In this document: piece after piece, positions 60,300 through 64,000 of the stretch | Numbering within the stretch: position 1 is the first letter of the stretch | Layout of the letters: the number at the start of each line of letters is the position of its first letter | Assembly (NCBI GenBank): GCA_043803945.1 | Contig: JAZDJN010000042.1 | Span: 32,001 to 96,000, forward strand | From: a bacterium | GTDB taxonomy: Bacteria > Bacteroidota > Ignavibacteria > UBA10030 | DNA: 64,000 bases | Direction: 5' to 3' | Position numbers and translations under genes: made by a program | The notes under the pieces: generated by a model | Databases searched by the model: none | What the model was told of the DNA's origin: nothing | What the model saw: only the letters and a program-made list of their open reading frames with translations

Positions 60300-61153
60300 C
60301 AGGAAGGCTCCTCAACTTTTTTTGAATGTTCCTCGCAGCGGCTGGTGCGGAGTGGAACAATCTCCTCTTCCATATACGTCTTTCGCCGCTGAAGCATTTC
60401 GGGCCAGTTGACCTGGTGGCCGTCGAAGTCAGGTCCGTGCACACACGCAAAACGTGTTGTTCCCCCAACTGACACACGGCACACACCACACATTCCGGTC
60501 CCATCGATCATAATCGGATTCAAGCTCACGACGGTCGATATGCCGAGCGCCAGAGTCGCGTCGGCGCCGCGTTTCATGACAAATGTACATCCATTAATCA
60601 GTACGCGATGCACTGGCTCGTTGAGTCCTTTGATGATTTCGGGTAATCTGCCGACGTGTCCTTTGAGCCCCTTGGTACCGTCGCGCGTTATGTGAAATAC
60701 TTTGCTGGCAAGCAAGCGAAAGCGTTCTTCCCAATAGAAGAGATACGAACTGCGCGCTTCAAGAACGACAATGACTTGATTTCCCTGTTCCTTTAATGCA
60801 CGCACGATCGGATAAATGCTTCCGATGCCATAACAGCCACCCATGCAGAGAACAGTGCCGTAGTGCTCGATTTCCGCGGCGTTCCCCAATGGTCCTACAA
60901 CCGTCGGAATAGTTCCGCCTTCCTCCAGCTTTGAAAGGCGGTTCGTTGTACTGCCGATATTCATGAAGACGATTGTCAGCGTGCCATGGTCGCGATCCCA
61001 ATCGGAGATGGAGAGTGGAATGCGTTCCCCCTCCTCTTCGGCGCGAAGAATGACAAATTGTCCCGGCTTAACGTCCTTGACCACGGCGGGCGCTTCAATC
61101 GTAAGCACGTGCATATTTGGTACAATCATTCTGCTGGCGATGACTCTATACAT
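60299..61153 (-). CDS. nfnA: NfnA/SudB (small FAD/[2Fe-2S] subunit), variant
   Basis: PGQFVILR....ERIPL; GPLG; SLNPIMIDGTGMCGVCR..ACVHGPDFDGH. Confidence 0.88.
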   Translation of the reverse strand: MYRVIASRMIVPNMHVLTIEAPAVVKDVKPGQFVILRAEEEGERIPLSISDWDRDHGTLTIVFMNIGSTTNRLSKLEEGGTIPTVVGPLGNAAEIEHYGTVLCMGGCYGIGSIYPIVRALKEQGNQVIVVLEARSSYLFYWEERFRLLASKVFHITRDGTKGLKGHVGRLPEIIKGLNEPVHRVLINGCTFVMKRGADATLALGISTVVSLNPIMIDGTGMCGVCRVSVGGTTRFACVHGPDFDGHQVNWPEMLQRRKTYMEEEIVPLRTSRCEEHSKKVEEPS

Positions 61154-63653
61154 TGGCTTTCCTTATGCTGACATGCTGTGGATTTGGTTGGATCGCAGCG
61201 CAATCGCGGAGTGAGGCGTGCAACGTACCGCGTGGTTGATCACGCATAATTTTTACAAACCAGGTTCGTTCGGTGCCGTTAGACGTGACGATAATTGGAT
61301 CTCCCTGATTGACGCTGATCTCTTTCGCATCCTCTGGATTAATCTCGGCCATTCCTTCAGTCAGGAGCATCTTCGAACCTTCCACCCAGGCTGAGAGCGG
61401 ATAGCCGCGATGAGAATGTTCCACAACTGATATCGAGAATAGGTAGTTGTGATCATCTGCAAGAAGCTTTGATTTTCTCGGACTGTTAGAAGCAAGAATC
61501 TGTCCAGAACCAGGAAGCGGGTGGGCAATCCGAATCTCCTTTTCTGAGTCCTTATACATCCCAATGTTCAATGACATTTCTTCTCTGATTTCCTCGGCAG
61601 TGTTGAACTCGAAGCCGTTTACACCCATTTTTTTTGCGAGCCTGCAAAGAATTTCCCAATCAGGCAGGGCGTTACCGGGTGGGCTTGTCGCTTTCCTCAC
61701 GTATTGTATTCGGCCTTCGCCGTTTATGAACGTGCCGTCAACTTCCGTCGAACCTGCAGAGGGCAGAATAATATCGGGAGTACAATATGGTTCAGGGGGA
61801 AAGATGTTTTGGAAAAGAAGGAAATCAGCAGGAACCTGTTCGTTCGGCGGGAGATCGCCGATGAGGTATAATACCTTCATACGTTTACCGGTCCAAAGCG
61901 ACCAGGCATTCCATCCGGTTTCCTTTTGTGGTAATGATGTATTCCAGGAGTTTTCAAGGCAACGCCGGGCGTGTTCGTCTGAAACAGCATTATTGCCAGG
62001 GAGAAGTTCGGGATATGCTCCTGCAATCAGTGAGCCGTACAAATTATTCTGTGCAGGGAGCGGCAAAATGCCTGCCTGAACAAGGTGAGAAAGATTCTCG
62101 ATCGAATTCAAGATGTCGGCGCAATCGTCGTACTGGAGAAATTCAGAGCCGATCAGCAGCACTGTCCTGGAGGATTTTTTCAATAAACCGGCCGCCGACT
62201 CAATCTGGTTCACCAATACCGAATTTAATTTTTCAAGATTCGTAGAATCACCTGTTTGCAGTAATTCTACAAGCGTGTGAATGACGATTGATTCCCCGCC
62301 GGGATCTGGCTGAATCCAGGGATTTGCAATAAGACTGAAATTATGATGTCGGGAGTTGATCGATATGATACGGGCTCCACGCTTCACTGCTTTTCGCAAA
62401 GCGACACCGACCACAGACCTTCCGTACCGGGTATCCAATCCGATTGAACAAATAACTGATGCATCGTATACATCAGACAGGGTAACACTTTTTCGCATCA
62501 ATGAGAGATAGGCGTTGAAGCCCTGACCGTAAAATATCCGAGCTGATGTATCAATATTATGAGTATGCATGACAGTGCGGGCGAATTTCTGTGCCACATA
62601 GAGGTCCTCAGTCGTACAATTTGGAGATACCAGCATTGCAAAATCATCCGGCGGACATTCTTTCAGCTGTTCCGCAGCACGATCAAGTGCATGATTCCAC
62701 GATACCTCAGTCCTTGAGACCCCGAATTTTTCATAAGGACTTTTCAACCGCTGATAACTGTTAACAAGTTCGGTGTTGCAGAATCTGCCCTTTACACAGA
62801 GTTGACCATTGTTCACGATAGGATCGTTGAATGGAAGACTCCCGATTAACCGGTTGCCTTTTACAAGCAGCTCAACCTGGCATCCGACACCACAGAAAGA
62901 ACAGGTCGAAACAACATGCCGGTCGGGTTGTCCTTCCCACGCGCGGGTCTTTTCACGAAGGGATCCGGTAGGACAGACAGCGACGCATGCACCGCAGAAT
63001 TCACAACCTGCTTCAAGGTGTGTACGGTGAAATGCAGGCCCGACAATAGTATTGCGACCGCGATTTTTATACGCGAGCACGTTTGCTACGCGAATTTCCT
63101 GACACATGCGCACACAGCGGCCGCAGAGAATGCAAAGGTTATAATCCCGATCGTAAAATGGATCTTCAGTTTCAACCCTAAGATTGCGATACGAGATCGG
63201 ATAATTGATTTCCGTAACATTGAGAGAGGCGGCAACGGCTTGCAGTTCACACACGCCATCTTTTGGACAGTACCTGCATCCAGTTGTAACACCAGCTTTT
63301 CGCACAGTCGACATATACAATCGGCACTCGACTTTCTCATCGCACACGAGACAGCTCGATGTATGCTCGCTCAGGAACAACTGCAGGATGTCCATACGCA
63401 TCTCCTGCAATTGTGCGGTATGAGTTCTAATAATCATACCCTCATCAATGGGTGTTGTGCATGCCGTTGGAAAATTGCGCACGCCTTCGACTTCGACAAT
63501 ACACATCCGGCACCCGCCGTGAGGTGAAAGATCCTGGTGATAACATAATGTCGGAATATAGATGTCGTTTTGCCTCGCGACATCGAGAATGGTTGTGCCC
63601 CGCTGGACTGAATATGTTTTATTGTCGATCGTAACTGTGATATGCTGGCTCAC
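61146..63653 (-). CDS. NuoG/FdhA-like Fe-S subunit with a degenerate molybdopterin domain
   Basis: [2Fe-2S] PTLC..CRMC..TAC; His-ligated cluster motif; CILCGRCVRMC; CEFCGACVAVCP; CSFCGVGC..CVKGRF; NIDTSARIFY lacks the catalytic Cys/Sec-His. Confidence 0.85.
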   Translation of the reverse strand: MSQHITVTIDNKTYSVQRGTTILDVARQNDIYIPTLCYHQDLSPHGGCRMCIVEVEGVRNFPTACTTPIDEGMIIRTHTAQLQEMRMDILQLFLSEHTSSCLVCDEKVECRLYMSTVRKAGVTTGCRYCPKDGVCELQAVAASLNVTEINYPISYRNLRVETEDPFYDRDYNLCILCGRCVRMCQEIRVANVLAYKNRGRNTIVGPAFHRTHLEAGCEFCGACVAVCPTGSLREKTRAWEGQPDRHVVSTCSFCGVGCQVELLVKGNRLIGSLPFNDPIVNNGQLCVKGRFCNTELVNSYQRLKSPYEKFGVSRTEVSWNHALDRAAEQLKECPPDDFAMLVSPNCTTEDLYVAQKFARTVMHTHNIDTSARIFYGQGFNAYLSLMRKSVTLSDVYDASVICSIGLDTRYGRSVVGVALRKAVKRGARIISINSRHHNFSLIANPWIQPDPGGESIVIHTLVELLQTGDSTNLEKLNSVLVNQIESAAGLLKKSSRTVLLIGSEFLQYDDCADILNSIENLSHLVQAGILPLPAQNNLYGSLIAGAYPELLPGNNAVSDEHARRCLENSWNTSLPQKETGWNAWSLWTGKRMKVLYLIGDLPPNEQVPADFLLFQNIFPPEPYCTPDIILPSAGSTEVDGTFINGEGRIQYVRKATSPPGNALPDWEILCRLAKKMGVNGFEFNTAEEIREEMSLNIGMYKDSEKEIRIAHPLPGSGQILASNSPRKSKLLADDHNYLFSISVVEHSHRGYPLSAWVEGSKMLLTEGMAEINPEDAKEISVNQGDPIIVTSNGTERTWFVKIMRDQPRGTLHASLRDCAAIQPNPQHVSIRKANV

Positions 63654-64000
63654 GACGCCCTCCGTTTTGAGGTGCAGAGAACTGCGTTAGCGGCCAGGGT
63701 GTGGTAGCGGCAAATTTCATAGCACGCCTTACATTTGATACAGCGATCCTGGTCGATCGTGTGTGTTTCTGCTCGTGCGCCTGTAATGGCATTTGTCGGG
63801 CAAACCGGTACGCATTGCTGGCATCCGTTGCACGTTACCGGATTGATGGAGTATTCAACAAGTTCTTTGCAGTATGCCGCCGTGCAGAATTTTTCCTTTG
63901 TGTGCTGTAAATATTCTGTACGAAAATGTTTCAACGTGGTTAACACGGGATTGGGGGCAGTTTGGCCGAGCCCGCATAACGAAGCGCGCTTGACGGTTTC
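63650..64000 (-). CDS. 3' end of a NuoF/HydB-like NADH-binding flavo-Fe-S subunit with C-terminal 2x[4Fe-4S] (gene starts outside the window)
   Basis: ETVKRASLCGLGQTAPNPVLTTLKHFR.EY..H...K.C....C; CNGCQQCVPVCP; CIKCKACYEIC. Confidence 0.9.
   Translation of the reverse strand, partial: ETVKRASLCGLGQTAPNPVLTTLKHFRTEYLQHTKEKFCTAAYCKELVEYSINPVTCNGCQQCVPVCPTNAITGARAETHTIDQDRCIKCKACYEICRYHTLAANAVLCTSKRRAS

Noticed and set aside
55598-63653. Selenocysteine recoding in the hydrogenase or FdhA-like subunit
   Set aside because: Both ORFs are uninterrupted; the L2 motif has Cys codons and the FDH catalytic position is not TGA
1-64000. CRISPR arrays, tRNA/rRNA, IS/integrase, reverse transcriptase
   Set aside because: No regularly spaced repeats, RNA-gene signatures or transposase/RT motifs seen; repeated DNA is limited to paralogous MCP and kinase domains and the 8-mer array

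Overview
Bacterial chromosomal window with no rRNA, tRNA, CRISPR or mobile element detected. The Bacteroidota-type FadD, TonB-dependent receptor plus DUF4249-like lipoprotein, Shine-Dalgarno use and anaerobic redox genes suggest an Ignavibacteria-like member of the Bacteroidota-Chlorobiota group (inference). Layout: partial D-amino-acid aminotransferase divergent from a heparinase II/III-like gene; a collapsed fadD pseudogene; a ~36 kb co-oriented signal-transduction island (4.6-40.6 kb) with multi-PAS kinases, a relay to a NarL-family regulator, and a chemosensory cluster (3 MCPs, CheW, TonB-C, HEAT, CheR, 2 CheY-like, 2 CheZ-like, CheA, CheB) that runs into a hybrid kinase, a partnerless HerA ATPase and a TPR/TerB-like/REC protein; TonB receptor and lipoprotein; an aroH-aroF-tyrA operon; assorted enzymes; a group 1a-like [NiFe] hydrogenase; MarR; and a HydB/NuoF + cofactor-less FdhA-like + NfnAB redox operon. 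Best leads: (1) an unannotated Tyr-rich leader peptide (YAYYYY) with terminator/antiterminator, i.e. a tyrosine-sensing attenuator; (2) a HerA + TerB-like/REC module at the end of the chemosensory operon; (3) a conserved bipartite NarL/RcsB-type box in both che promoter regions; (4) a Bfu-like + Nfn operon; (5) three genes collapsed by internal deletions. All family calls are by eye from motifs; no searches were run.
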